A stretch of DNA of 64,000 nt from Planctomycetota bacterium (GCA_020425605.1 JAGQRH010000003.1:75011-139010), one strand, 5' to 3'; shown: positions 36,452 through 44,057, numbered from the stretch's first letter. Notes: generated from the sequence alone by a model not told the origin. Numbers and translations: made by a program.

Positions 36452-36987
36452 ACCCGCACAATCTCAAAGATACAGGCGTTGTCTTCGTCCGGCTTCTCGG
36501 CCGGCACCTTCACGCGCGTCTCGAACGTGAATCGCCCGTGAAATCGCTCCACCAGTGAAGTGATGATTCCGAAGTCGAACTCGTTGGCGTACGGGTTGTC
36601 GCAGTGGATCTCGTAGTGGTCCAGCCCGACTTCGACGTACTTGTAGCAACCGATCTCGCCGTTGCGGTGCGCGTTGTGATAGGCGACGTCAATGCTCGCG
36701 AGTGCCGTCGCTACGTCGATCATCTGCTCATCGGGGAACTCGGCGGAGTACGGAATCCGGCGGCCGATTGAGTACAGCGTGTCCGGGCCCAGGTAGTCGT
36801 TGATCTTGCGGTAGACGTCCAGCCACGCCTGCTGGCTGAACCAGCCGCCGGGCTGAATGTTCACCAGGCCACAGCTCTCCAACAGCTCGCGAGCCACCGG
36901 GCCGACGAGGATACCGCTGCTCACGGCCAGAACCGTGCTCCCGTCAACTTCAACTTCAGGTGAACTTGCCTGGAAAGCCTTGAACAC
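36448..36987 (-). CDS. hypothetical protein co-transcribed with the TetR regulator
   Basis: Track ORF 36448..37152 overlaps the TetR gene. The likely start is GTG 36987 (GGGGG 5 nt upstream, 9 nt after the TetR stop): MFKAFQASSPEVEVDGSTVLAV... No family recognised. Confidence 0.6.
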   Translation of the reverse strand: MFKAFQASSPEVEVDGSTVLAVSSGILVGPVARELLESCGLVNIQPGGWFSQQAWLDVYRKINDYLGPDTLYSIGRRIPYSAEFPDEQMIDVATALASIDVAYHNAHRNGEIGCYKYVEVGLDHYEIHCDNPYANEFDFGIITSLVERFHGRFTFETRVKVPAEKPDEDNACIFEIVRV

Positions 36988-36995
36988 TACGCCCC

Positions 36996-37604
36996 CTACA
37001 ACTTCGCCCCAAGGCCCCGCAGGACCGTGCGCACCGCGTGCCGAATGTCGTGATCGCCGCGCCTTACCACATCCGGCACTGCCAGCTTCTGGTGGATGGT
37101 GCCGTAGGTCGTCGCAACCACGATCGTCGCGCCCTGGCCGCAATCGTCGCAACCGGGCACCAGCCCTTTGCTCATGGCATTGCGAAGCAGCACCTGAACC
37201 GCAAAGCGAGTCTCGGCGATCAGCTGCCGAATACCGCGCCCGAGTTGGTCGTCGGTCGTCTTGCCAACATGGCCGAACATGTGGAGGACAACGTTGGAAT
37301 CTTCGCCGAGTTCAAGCACCTTGCGCTCCTGCATTTCGCAGAACGCCAGGATTCGGTCCAATGGCTCAGGGTCTTCCGAAAGACGCGCGCCCTCATCCGG
37401 ATACACAAACAGGTGTCGGACCAGATCGCCGGCGAGAGCCTCTTTGCTGTCGAAGTACAGGTAAACGCTGCCCTTGGCTACGCCCGCAGCCTCGGCGATG
37501 TCCGCAACAGACGCCCCGTCAATGCCGTCACGGGCAAAGACCTTCAGCGCGGCCTGCAACAACTGCCTGTACCGCGCCTCACGCTTGGGGGAGGTTATGC
37601 GCAT
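36996..37604 (-). CDS. TetR/AcrR-family transcriptional regulator
   Basis: RYRQLLQAALKVFARDGIDGASVADIAEAAGVAKGSVYLYFDSKEAL is the canonical TetR HTH. Confidence 0.9.
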   Translation of the reverse strand: MRITSPKREARYRQLLQAALKVFARDGIDGASVADIAEAAGVAKGSVYLYFDSKEALAGDLVRHLFVYPDEGARLSEDPEPLDRILAFCEMQERKVLELGEDSNVVLHMFGHVGKTTDDQLGRGIRQLIAETRFAVQVLLRNAMSKGLVPGCDDCGQGATIVVATTYGTIHQKLAVPDVVRRGDHDIRHAVRTVLRGLGAKL

Positions 37605-37719
37605 CTGACCAACCAGTCATTAGAGACAGAATGTGCAATTAGACTACAGGGTACCGCGCCCCTCACGACTTATCCAATCAGAGCGTAAGAATTACCGGTG
37701 ACTTTACTTCCAAATGAAC

Positions 37720-37746
37720 ACGACCCGCGGGAAATCCGCGGGTCGT
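37720..37746 (-). terminator. hairpin terminator after ilvE
   Basis: Stem ACGACCCGCGG / CCGCGGGTCGT (11 bp, 5-nt loop) 17 nt below the stop at 37763. Followed on the minus strand by GTTCATTTGG. Confidence 0.55.
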
Positions 37747-37762
37747 ATAACATTGTGATCAT

Positions 37763-38680
37763 TCACACGCGAGTGATAAATCCCCACTTGTCCTCACTCT
37801 TGCCCTGCACAAGGTCGAGGTACGCCTTCTGGATACGCTCTGTGATCGGCCCGCGCTTGCCCGCGCCGATCGTGATCTTGTCCAGGCTGCGAATCGGCGT
37901 GACCTCGGCGGCCGTGCCTACCGCAAAGACCTCATCGGCGATATAGAGCTGCTCGCGCGTCAGGTCGGTCTCAACAACGCTGATCCCCATTTCTGCCGCC
38001 AGGCGGATGATCGTATCCCGCGTGATGCCCTTCAGGATGGAGTGCCCCGCGCTGGGCGTGTAGATCTGCCCCTCGCGGATCACGAAGATGTTCTCGCCGC
38101 TGCCTTCGCTAAGCAGCCCGCCGGCGTCCAGCGCGATGCCTTCGCTGTAGCCGTTCAGGATCGCTTCCATCTTGATCAGTGCGCCGCTGGCGTAGTTCGC
38201 GCCGGCCTTGGCCATCGCAGGCGTCGTGTTCGGCCGGTTGCGCGCCCAGGTGCTGATCTGCATGTCCACGCCCTGCTCAAGCGCCTCGGCGCCGAGGTAC
38301 GCGCCCCAGTGCCAGGTGATGATATCCAGCGTGACCGGGTTCTTGAGCGGGTTCACACCCATCGGCCCGAAGTCGCGGTACGCGATCGGCCGGATGTAGC
38401 AGGCCTGGTGCTTGTTCTCCTTGACCGCCGCGATGCACGCCTGCTCAACCTGCTCGGGCGTGAACTTGATCTCCATGCGGTAGATCTTGGCGCTGTCGAA
38501 CAGGCGGCGGATGTGCTCCTTGAGCCGGAAAATGCCCGGCTGCCCGCCGACGTCGTAGGCGCGGATTCCCTCAAACACCGAACTGCCGTAATGCAGCACG
38601 TGCGCGCAAACGTGCACGGTCGCGTCTTCCCACGCGATGAACTCACCGTTACGCCAGATCTTCTCGCATAGCTTGGTCAT
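37763..38680 (-). CDS. ilvE: branched-chain amino acid aminotransferase
   Basis: IWRNGEFIAWEDATVHVCAHVLHYGSSVFEGIRAY... and the overall 305-aa class-IV aminotransferase pattern. Confidence 0.92.
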   Translation of the reverse strand: MTKLCEKIWRNGEFIAWEDATVHVCAHVLHYGSSVFEGIRAYDVGGQPGIFRLKEHIRRLFDSAKIYRMEIKFTPEQVEQACIAAVKENKHQACYIRPIAYRDFGPMGVNPLKNPVTLDIITWHWGAYLGAEALEQGVDMQISTWARNRPNTTPAMAKAGANYASGALIKMEAILNGYSEGIALDAGGLLSEGSGENIFVIREGQIYTPSAGHSILKGITRDTIIRLAAEMGISVVETDLTREQLYIADEVFAVGTAAEVTPIRSLDKITIGAGKRGPITERIQKAYLDLVQGKSEDKWGFITRV

Positions 38681-38725
38681 GATGCTTCTCCTCGTGACGC
38701 ATCCGCCTGACAGGCCGGAAGCGAA

Positions 38726-39514
38726 CTACCTCTTGTCGAGCAACTTCTTCAACTCCACCTTGAACAGCGCGAGCGCGTTGCTGCGGTGGCTGATCTTGTT
38801 CTTTTCTTCGCCTGCCATCTCGCCGAAAGTCTTGCCCGTCGGCGGATACAGAAACAGGGGGTCATAGCCGAAACCGCCCCCGCCGCGCTGCTCGTCAATG
38901 ATAAGCCCTTCGACGGTCCCGCGCACGGTAAACAGTATGCCTTCCGGGCTGGCCAGCGCGATCTCGCACACAAAGCGCGCCTTGCGCTTCTCGGGCGGGA
39001 CGCCCTTCAGATTCTTCAGCAGCAGCTTGTTGTTGGCCGCGTCGTCGCCGTGCTTGCCGGCGTATCGCGCGCTGATGACGCCCGGTGCGCCGTCCAGCGC
39101 GTCGACCTCAAGCCCGCTGTCGTCAGCCATCACCAGCAGGTCGAGGTTCGTCGGGCGCGTCACCTTGGGCATGCGCTCCGGCGTCAGGCTGACCTTGCGC
39201 TGACGACCGCTGGCGCTGCGGTAGCGCTTGGCGGACAGTTCCTCGAAGTCGGTTTCGTCATCGTCGTCCATCGATGTGGACTGGCTGGCGAAGCCGACCC
39301 GTCCGACCAGCGCGATGAAGCGGGCCATTTCATAGGCCTTCTTCTGCGCGTTGCCGGCGAAGGTCGGCGCGTTCTCCTCAATCTCGGGTACGCCGGCAAA
39401 GGCGCTGAGCGCATGCAGCTCAATGCCGGGCAGCCCGCTCAAGATCTCGCTGATCTCGCGGAACTTGTGCCGGTTGTTTGTACCGACGACGACGTTGACC
39501 GGGTTCTCTGTCAT
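38726..39514 (-). CDS. rdgB: non-canonical purine NTP pyrophosphatase (RdgB/HAM1 family) with an internal insertion
   Basis: Track ORF to 39571; ATG at 39514 (MTENPVNVVVGTNNRHKFREI). ADDSGLEVDALDGAPGVISARYAG, GGFGYDPLF and ISHRSNA are RdgB motifs. About 50 extra charged residues lie between the first helix and ADDSG. Confidence 0.88.
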   Translation of the reverse strand: MTENPVNVVVGTNNRHKFREISEILSGLPGIELHALSAFAGVPEIEENAPTFAGNAQKKAYEMARFIALVGRVGFASQSTSMDDDDETDFEELSAKRYRSASGRQRKVSLTPERMPKVTRPTNLDLLVMADDSGLEVDALDGAPGVISARYAGKHGDDAANNKLLLKNLKGVPPEKRKARFVCEIALASPEGILFTVRGTVEGLIIDEQRGGGGFGYDPLFLYPPTGKTFGEMAGEEKNKISHRSNALALFKVELKKLLDKR

Positions 39515-39791
39515 TGGACGCGCGCAGAATTTAGGGCCAAACAGCCCGCTTGAAAAGCCTCTCCCACCCACCGTCCGCCATTACGCGGGGGTGACATTCG
39601 CGGACCAAGCAGCAGCTGGACTGCAACTGCATTTCGCGAAGACCCGAAGTCGAGCGAAGACGTAAAGAACTGCCAGCCAAACAGGGACTGGCATCGGAGA
39701 GCAGGTCGCCGACGGGTGCCTTCGCAGTTGTCGTCCTTCCTGTCTTCGCGTGAACCTCGCGCATTCGCGCAGGGCCTTACCAGTGGCAAGA

Positions 39792-40283
39792 CTACGCCAC
39801 GGCCGGCTCAGCCGGCGGAGAGGCCTCCGCCCTCTCCTGGCGCTGCTCATGATTGTGAACGGCGTCCACAGCCCGGGCCAGCAGTGCACTTAGCTGCTGG
39901 ACCTGATCGCCGAAAGCGCCACCCGGACTGCCCTGAGGGCCGCCGTGGGTCACCTCGGAAGGAGCCGTCGGTGACGCGGCGTGCCCGCGTTCGCGCATGA
40001 TGTGCTCGCCGCATTCGGCCATCAGCTCGGCCCGGCGTTTCTTCTGGCGCTCCAGGTCTTTCTCGGCACGCAGCCCGACGCTCGGCGCGATCCGCCAGCG
40101 GTACGGCTTGTCGAAGGGCAGAGTCGTGACGTGGTCCAGTTCGCGTTCATGCTCGGCCAGCACCTTGCGGTCGCGTGCAATAGCCCGGTCAATGTCGTCG
40201 CCGCCCCACTGCATGTACAGCGCATGGACGTCCCGGCGAACAGCCTCCTGCTCAGCGGCAGGAAGAGTAAAGGGATCAAACAT
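39792..40283 (-). CDS. hypothetical protein
   Basis: Track ORF to 40319; ATG at 40283 follows GGAGG (MFDPFTLPAAEQEAVRRDVHALYMQW...). No family recognised. Confidence 0.6.
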   Translation of the reverse strand: MFDPFTLPAAEQEAVRRDVHALYMQWGGDDIDRAIARDRKVLAEHERELDHVTTLPFDKPYRWRIAPSVGLRAEKDLERQKKRRAELMAECGEHIMRERGHAASPTAPSEVTHGGPQGSPGGAFGDQVQQLSALLARAVDAVHNHEQRQERAEASPPAEPAVA

Positions 40284-40476
40284 AGCAACCTCCAAACAGG
40301 CGCAGCCAACCCGCGCCATGCTGGAAGTCTAAAAGCCAGTGCGACAAATCCGGGGGCGAGAGCAGACCTCCTCCCCACGACGCCCACCCAATTCCGACGA
40401 AGTCAGGTTGTCAGGCCAGCCGCCGAAGGGGTCGCGCAGCGACCGAACACGCGCGACGCCTCGCGTCTCGCGTGAA

Positions 40477-40540
40477 TCATCAAGTAGCCCCGGGAAAGAA
40501 ACGGCAAAGCAATGGAGCCCCCGCAGGGGGCGGCATAGCA
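40477..40540 (+). repeat. REP-like element, partial copy
   Basis: ATCAAGTAGCCCC...GGAGCCCCCGCAGGGGGCGGCATAGCA aligns with 41104-41180 but lacks the middle hairpin. Hairpin GCCCCC-GCA-GGGGGC at 40517-40531. Confidence 0.55.
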
Positions 40541-40547
40541 TGGCCCC

Positions 40548-40709
40548 ATGTCCGATGCGCTGCCCGAGTCGCCACGTCAACCCGAACGCAAGCGGCCGGC
40601 ATTCCCGTCAATGCAGCTGCTGTTTTGGTGGGTGCTCATTTCCAGTCTTCTGTTTGCACTGCCCGTCATCTTGCTGTTTGTGTTTGTGTTGAGCTGGGCC
40701 CCGGAGTAG
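40548..40709 (+). CDS. possible small single-TM protein (53 aa)
   Basis: Own translation: MSDALPESPRQPERKRPAFPSMQLLFWWVLISSLLFALPVILLFVFVLSWAPE. Below the ORF-track size cut-off. Lies in a locally low-GC stretch with no RBS seen. Confidence 0.25.
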   Translation: MSDALPESPRQPERKRPAFPSMQLLFWWVLISSLLFALPVILLFVFVLSWAPE

Positions 40710-40745
40710 CACGATTCAACTTCCGGACAAGCTTCCCTTCCCAAA

Positions 40746-40792
40746 GCCGCCGGAGGCGGCGTTATCAAAAAGCCCGGGGCGTAAGCCCCGGG
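40746..40792 (+). repeat. REP-like double-hairpin element, copy A
   Basis: GCCGCC-GGA-GGCGGC, linker GTTATCAAAAAG, CCCGGGGC-GTAA-GCCCCGGG. Abuts the 5' truncation point of the RAYT remnant. Confidence 0.65.
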
Positions 40793-40797
40793 GAAAC

Positions 40798-41085
40798 CTG
40801 CTCGTCGGGCTGCCGCCGAAGTACGCGCCGTCCGACTGCGCTCGCGACATCAAGGCCAACTCATCGCGCTGGGTCCACGAGATGTGGCCGAAGCAGCAGT
40901 TCGGCTGGCAGAGCGGCTATTCGGTGTTTTCGGTCAGCGTCAGCAAGATTGAACGCACCCGCGAGTACATCCGGAACCAGAAGGAACATCACAAGAAACA
41001 GGCGTTCCGCGCTGAGTTGAAGTGGTTCCTCGACAACCACAGCGTGGAATACGACGAGAAGTACCTGCCGCCACAGCAGTCTTGA
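40798..41085 (+). pseudogene. 5'-truncated IS200-like / REP-associated tyrosine transposase (RAYT) remnant
   Basis: In-frame translation LLVGLPPKYAPSDCARDIKANSSRWVHEMWPKQQFGWQSGYSVFSVSVSKIERTREYIRNQKEHHKKQAFRAELKWFLDNHSVEYDEKYL matches the C-terminal half of Y1 (IS200-like) transposases (HVHLLV.., SS.W, WQ.GY..FSVS, YI.NQ..HH). The N-terminal ~75 aa, including the HUH region, are absent. Confidence 0.75.
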
Positions 41086-41180
41086 GTCCCCGGAGGGGAC
41101 GCCATCAAATAGCCCGGCGCGTGAGCGCCGGGAAACGACGGGAAGAGACTGTCCGAGCTCCCGGAGGGAGCGGCATAGCA
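41086..41180 (+). repeat. REP-like triple-hairpin element, copy B
   Basis: GTCCCC-GGA-GGGGAC, linker GCCATCAAATAG, CCCGGCGC-GTGA-GCGCCGGG, then GCTCCC-GGA-GGGAGC followed by GGCATAGCA. Starts directly after the remnant's stop codon. Confidence 0.65.
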
Positions 41181-41237
41181 GTTTCGGCCAAATCTATACC
41201 GCCCGCTCCGCGGGCTCGCGCAGTTCCCCAACGCAAA

Positions 41238-41284
41238 CCCGGGGCTGACGCCCCGGGCTATTTGATAGCGCCGCCTCAGGCGGC
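41238..41284 (-). repeat. REP-like double-hairpin element, copy C (inverted orientation)
   Basis: The reverse complement AAAGCCGCCTGAGGCGGCGCTATCAAATAGCCCGGGGCGTCAGCCCCGGG is near-identical to copy A. Ends 5 nt from the stop of the next gene. Confidence 0.65.
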
Positions 41285-41288
41285 TTTC

Positions 41289-42374
41289 CTATCCCGCCGA
41301 GCAGCCTCCGCCGCCGGCGGCGCAGGAGCCTCCGCTGGCGAACTTGCTGGTGATTACGTCGGGTTTGCCGGCGTTGCTTACCATGGGCTTGCCGGCCTTC
41401 TTCCAGGCCTGCATGCCGCCTTGCAGCAGTACCCAGTCATCATCGTGCGCGTGGCGGGCGGTCATCATGGCCATGGTGGCGCGGACGCCGGAACGGCACA
41501 CGCTGACCACCGGGTGCGGGAGCTTTTCCACTTCACTCCAGCGGTCGCGCAGCTCAGGCAGCGGGATCAGCACCGCGCCTTCGATGCGCCCGGCCTCGAA
41601 CTCATCCACGAAGCGGGAATCCAGCAGCGTAAAGTCCTTGCCGGGCGTGCCGTACTTTGCAACGTCTTCCGGGCGGATGATCTTGTCCTCGGGCAGACCC
41701 GCCTCTGAGTTAAAGCTCAAGATCTCGGCCATGTTGGCCGGCAGCTCGCCCTTGATCTTGTGCATCGAAGCAAGCGTCGCCTTGTCGGCCTTGAAGTGCG
41801 GGTTGGTTTCCAGCTCGGTGCCGATCGTGCTGCTGTGCTTGCCGTTGTAGTCGTGCCCGGGCCATACCTCGACGTCTTTGCCCAGCGCCTCCAGCTTGCG
41901 GAAGCTGTCATACAGCTGGCCGGAATCGCCGCCCATGAAGTCCGTGCGCGCCGCGCTGCCGATGAACAGTGTGTCGCCGGTGTAGACACGCTGGCCGTCG
42001 AAAACGCTCATGCTGTCCGGCGTGTGGCCGGGGGTCAGGATCAGCGTCAACTCGTGCTCGCCAAGCTTGAGTCTCTCGCCGTCGGCGGCCTTGTAGTCGG
42101 GTACCTTCGACTTGGTCTTCTCGCTCATCACGATCGCGCAGTCGGTCAGATTGCGCAGGCGGTCGCTGCCGGACAGGTGGTCTGCGTGCGTGTGCGTGTC
42201 GATCGCGTACTTCAGCTTCAGGCCGTTCGCCTTCAGCTCAGCCATATAGTCCGGCGCGTGGTCAAAGCGCGGGTCGATGATCGCGGCCTGGTTGCTGCCG
42301 GCGTCCCACAGGAGGTAGGCCTTGCAGTCACGGCCGAAGTCCAGAACCTTCATCTCGAGCATGGCAACGGACAT
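41289..42374 (-). CDS. persulfide dioxygenase-like MBL-fold protein fused to a rhodanese domain (CstB/Blh-like), Gly/Cys tail
   Basis: IDTHTHADHLSG, TPGHTPDS and FIGSAARTDF are ETHE1/PDO-type metallo-beta-lactamase motifs. A C-terminal rhodanese follows (..VVSVCRSGVRAT.. active-site loop). Tail KFASGGSCAAGGGGCSAG. GGAGAA RBS. Confidence 0.85.
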   Translation of the reverse strand: MSVAMLEMKVLDFGRDCKAYLLWDAGSNQAAIIDPRFDHAPDYMAELKANGLKLKYAIDTHTHADHLSGSDRLRNLTDCAIVMSEKTKSKVPDYKAADGERLKLGEHELTLILTPGHTPDSMSVFDGQRVYTGDTLFIGSAARTDFMGGDSGQLYDSFRKLEALGKDVEVWPGHDYNGKHSSTIGTELETNPHFKADKATLASMHKIKGELPANMAEILSFNSEAGLPEDKIIRPEDVAKYGTPGKDFTLLDSRFVDEFEAGRIEGAVLIPLPELRDRWSEVEKLPHPVVSVCRSGVRATMAMMTARHAHDDDWVLLQGGMQAWKKAGKPMVSNAGKPDVITSKFASGGSCAAGGGGCSAG

Positions 42375-42647
42375 GGTGTTCTCCTTCGGCCTGTACGATA
42401 GCCTTCAGGACCGTTAGTGAAAACGAGGCAGCGCGATATTCGCTTCCCGGCCATGGCCAACATGAACAACATTAACCACGAAGGACCGCCAAGGGCCGCT
42501 AAGCTCAAGGCAGTTCTTCTTCGCGGTCCTTAGTGGTCCTTAGCGGTTCCAAGCAGTCGGGACTCAACGGCGAAGGGGGCGGCGTAAGCCACCCCCCTGC
42601 CGCATGAGTCGCCCCCGGGCGGGGTAGACGACCCGTACGAATCCTGT

Positions 42648-43970
42648 TCAGGTTTGAACGCTGCAGCCGCCGCCCGTCGATCCGCCGACGCTGCAACCAC
42701 CTGAGGCCGCGCCGCCGACGCTGCAGCCGCCGCTGGTTCCGGCGCCCGTTGTCGGGGCGACCTTGTTCCAGGGAAGGCGCATCAGGATCAGTGCCATGCC
42801 GCAGAAGCCGGTGGTGCCGGCGACAGTAAGGCCTGCGCCCACGAATGCGCTTAGGCCGTAGAACCAAGGACTCACGAATGTTCCCAGGATCACACCGGCC
42901 AGCACCAGCAGGCCCGCGCCCATCTGCACCTGGCGCATGATGCTGATGACGCGGCGGCCCTTGTTGTATGGCAGCCCCGACTTGATCCAGCCGGCCATGC
43001 CGCCGTCCATGATCTTGTAGTTGCTGAACTTGCGGCGCTCGAGAATCTGGGCCGCCATCAGCCCGCGGTTGCCCGCGGCGCAATTCAGCACGATGGTCCC
43101 CTTGGCGGTGTTCAGCTCGGTCAGGCGCTTTTCGAGCTCTTCAAGCGGGATGTTCCATGAGCCTTCGATGCTGTCGCCGCTGAATTCCAGCGGGCTGCGA
43201 ACGTCCACGATCTGGAGCGCATGCGGGTCGTCCTTCAGCATCTCGTGCACCGTCTTGCAGTCGATGTGCGCGCTGCTGTCGCTGCCCTTGCGGTTGAAGG
43301 TCAGAATCTCGGCCATGCCCTGCGGCAGCGGGCCGCGGACGGACAGCTTCTCGACGACGGCCTCGCGACCGCCGGCGGTGTAGATCAGGTTGGTCTCGCG
43401 CTCTTTGCCGAGAGTGCTGTGCGAGCGGCCCTGGTAGTCATGGCCCGGCCAGACGATGGTGTCGTCGCCGAACCCGGCAAACTTGGTGAAGCTGTCGAAC
43501 AACTCGCCCGCGTCGCCGCCCATGAAGTCGGTTCGCCCGGAGCCGCCGATCAGCATGGTATCGCCCGTGAAGAGGTTGCCGTCGACGTGTACGGTGAGGC
43601 TGTCCGGGGTGTGGCCGGGGCTGGCGATGATGCGCAGCTCGGTTTCGCCGAGCATGTAGACCTCGCCGTCATGGAGCGGCCTGTCAGCGGGCTTGACCAG
43701 CGTGCCTTCGATCATGCCGTACTTGGCGCCGGTGCGGCTGGCCAGCTCGGCTGCGCCGCTAAGGTGATCGGCGTGGGTGTGAGTGTCGATCACGAGATCG
43801 AGCTTGAGGCCTTCCTTATGGAGGGCGCTCAGGAACTCATCCACCAGGTCGTGGCGCGGGTCGATGATGGCGGCCTTGCCGGATGCCCGGTCACCGATGA
43901 TGTAGCCAAGGCAGCCTTCGCCTTCCTTGGTGACCTGCTTGATGAATGGCTTGGTTGCGATTGCGGTCAT
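42648..43970 (-). CDS. persulfide dioxygenase-like MBL-fold + rhodanese + DUF2892/YgaP-like membrane hairpin, (GGCSV)x3 tail
   Basis: IDTHTHADHLSG, SPGHTPDS and rhodanese loop ..IVLNCAAGNRG... Membrane module MRQVQMGAGLLVLAGVILGTFVSPWFYGLSAFVGAGLTVAGTTGFCGMALILMRLPWN. Tail SGGCSVGGAASGGCSVGGSTGGGCSVQT. AGGAGA RBS. Confidence 0.85.
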   Translation of the reverse strand: MTAIATKPFIKQVTKEGEGCLGYIIGDRASGKAAIIDPRHDLVDEFLSALHKEGLKLDLVIDTHTHADHLSGAAELASRTGAKYGMIEGTLVKPADRPLHDGEVYMLGETELRIIASPGHTPDSLTVHVDGNLFTGDTMLIGGSGRTDFMGGDAGELFDSFTKFAGFGDDTIVWPGHDYQGRSHSTLGKERETNLIYTAGGREAVVEKLSVRGPLPQGMAEILTFNRKGSDSSAHIDCKTVHEMLKDDPHALQIVDVRSPLEFSGDSIEGSWNIPLEELEKRLTELNTAKGTIVLNCAAGNRGLMAAQILERRKFSNYKIMDGGMAGWIKSGLPYNKGRRVISIMRQVQMGAGLLVLAGVILGTFVSPWFYGLSAFVGAGLTVAGTTGFCGMALILMRLPWNKVAPTTGAGTSGGCSVGGAASGGCSVGGSTGGGCSVQT

Positions 43971-44023
43971 GTCGTTTCTCCTTTGTTACCGTGTTCCGGT
44001 GTTGCCATTGGAACATCTATGGA

Positions 44024-44057
44024 ATTGACTATATTCCCATGTGGTTATATAGTCAAT
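44024..44057. promoter_or_regulatory. perfect palindrome containing face-to-face sigma70-like promoters (and a probable ArsR operator)
   Basis: ATTGACTATAT-N12-ATATAGTCAAT. Plus strand reads TTGACT (44025-30) -17 nt- TATAGT (44048-53). Minus strand reads TTGACT (44056-51) -17 nt- TATAGT (44033-28). Located in the 120-bp AT-rich spacer between the divergent PDO-rhodanese and arsR-sulP genes. Confidence 0.55.

Noticed and set aside
39515-39791. 277-bp ORF-free spacer with a GGAAGGA-containing stretch on the minus strand, considered as a possible SRP RNA or other ncRNA
   Set aside because: The match to the SRP helix-8 consensus is only a few nucleotides, and I could not build the flanking GNAR-loop helix. 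An Rfam scan would be needed, and nothing supports a call by eye.
40339-41708. Track ORFs 40339..40692, 40472..41020, 40989..41231 and 41022..41708
   Set aside because: They run through REP-like hairpin repeats and out-of-frame parts of the RAYT remnant or the antisense of the PDO-rhodanese gene. Recurrent peptide strings such as APGYL[IM]A are simply translated repeats.
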